Assembly (NCBI GenBank): GCA_023386865.1 | Contig: JAEWIV010000191.1 | Location: 2,665-66,664, forward strand | Direction of reading: 5' to 3' | Source of the DNA: Pseudomonadota bacterium | Lineage (GTDB): Bacteria; Pseudomonadota; Alphaproteobacteria; Reyranellales; Reyranellaceae | DNA length: 64,000 nt | Shown: in pieces, positions 63,094-64,000 of the stretch | Layout of the letters: each line of letters opens with the position of its first letter | Numbering within the stretch: the stretch's first letter is position 1 | Notes under the pieces: generated by a model | Seen by the model: only the letters and a program-made list of their open reading frames with translations | What the model was told of the DNA's origin: nothing | Databases searched by the model: none | Translations under genes and position numbers: made by a program

Positions 63094-64000
63094 AGTTGCT
63101 CGGCGACGCGCGGGTCGAGCAGGCCGTGCACCAGGTCGACCAGGATGTTGATGACGGCGTAGATGACTCCCACCACCAGGGTCACCGCCAGCACGGCCTT
63201 GTAGTCGCTGCTGAGGATCGCCTGCACGGCATAGCTGCCGAGGCCGGGCCAGTCGAAGATCGCCTCGACCGCGACCGCGCTGGAGACCAGGGCGCCGAAC
63301 AGGAGCCCGACCTGGGTCACGGCGGCGATCACCGAATTGCGCAGGACGTAGACCCAGACGATGCGTCGCCTCGGGTAGCCGACGGCCGTCTCGTACTGCA
63401 CGAAATCGCGCTGCATGGTGTCGAGCACGCCCACACGCGCGAAGCGGGCGATGGTCGCGAGCGCCGGGACGGCGAGGGTGATCGCGGGCATCGCAATGTG
63501 CCGCAGGCTGCTGACGAACTGATCCCACCGGCCGGCGACGAGAGAATCGATCAGGAAGAACCCGGTGACTCCGGGCGGCGCGCCGATATTCACTCCGATA
63601 CGACCACGTAACGGCAGCCATTCGAGTTCCATGGCGAACAGGAGCTGCAGCATGATCGCGAACCAGAACGATGCCACGGCGAGCCCTCCGACCGTGACCA
63701 CGCGCACGACATGGTCGAGCAGGCCGTTGTGGCGGATGGCCGCCAAGGTGCCGAGCGGGATCCCGATCAGCGTCGCCAGCAGGAGGGAGACGAAGATGAG
63801 CTCGAGCGTGGCGGGCAGGGTGCGGCGCACGTCGTTGGCCACGGGACGATTCGAAAACACCGAGTTCCCCAGATCGCCTGACACGACCTGTCTGACATAG
63901 ACGCCGAACTGCTCGTAGAGCGGCCGGTCGAAGCCGTACTTGCGGCGGATCTCCTCGACCTGCTGCGGACTCGCGGTCTCGCCCGCCAGCGTGGTCGCCG
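63090..64000 (-). CDS. Peptide ABC transporter permease (DppB-like), 5' end outside the window
   Basis: GDLG.S, PATLEL, E.IF.WPGLG and DL....LDPR motifs. The frame is open to the window edge. Confidence 0.9.
   Translation of the reverse strand, partial: ATTLAGETASPQQVEEIRRKYGFDRPLYEQFGVYVRQVVSGDLGNSVFSNRPVANDVRRTLPATLELIFVSLLLATLIGIPLGTLAAIRHNGLLDHVVRVVTVGGLAVASFWFAIMLQLLFAMELEWLPLRGRIGVNIGAPPGVTGFFLIDSLVAGRWDQFVSSLRHIAMPAITLAVPALATIARFARVGVLDTMQRDFVQYETAVGYPRRRIVWVYVLRNSVIAAVTQVGLLFGALVSSAVAVEAIFDWPGLGSYAVQAILSSDYKAVLAVTLVVGVIYAVINILVDLVHGLLDPRVAEQL

Overview
High-GC alphaproteobacterial chromosome segment. Gene content and style suggest a Reyranella/Rhodospirillales-like organism, which is an inference. 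In order it holds: a sahR-metF-split metH methionine operon; mlaA-mlaC-cysE; ettA; a CrbS/CrbR-type SLC5-kinase two-component system next to a CBS-DUF294 nucleotidyltransferase, a DEDDh exonuclease and an ActP-like permease, with candidate CGAC-N4-GTCG operators; ppa; an accessory transport/detox block including a NemR-box cupin/TetR pair that ends at tRNA-Ile2(CAT); an OmpR/hybrid kinase/Hpt phosphorelay; an AtuA/enoyl-CoA hydratase unit; and the conserved dcd-murA-DUF2948-hisG-hisD-UPF0262-arsC-infA-maf-rng-yacG-tRNA-Phe cluster. Downstream of tRNA-Phe is accessory DNA: a ~2 kb integrase-less islet closed by a degenerate copy of the tRNA 3' end, an orphan gene, and the most interesting locus, a KaiA-less luxR-kaiB-kaiC-PAS/double-receiver kinase module. 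Both upstream regions of that module carry the same TACTA-N6-TAGTA inverted repeat. The window ends in a peptide ABC transporter plus M20 peptidase operon. No CRISPR array, rRNA, integrase or transposase was seen. All family calls come from motif recognition by eye, not from database searches.
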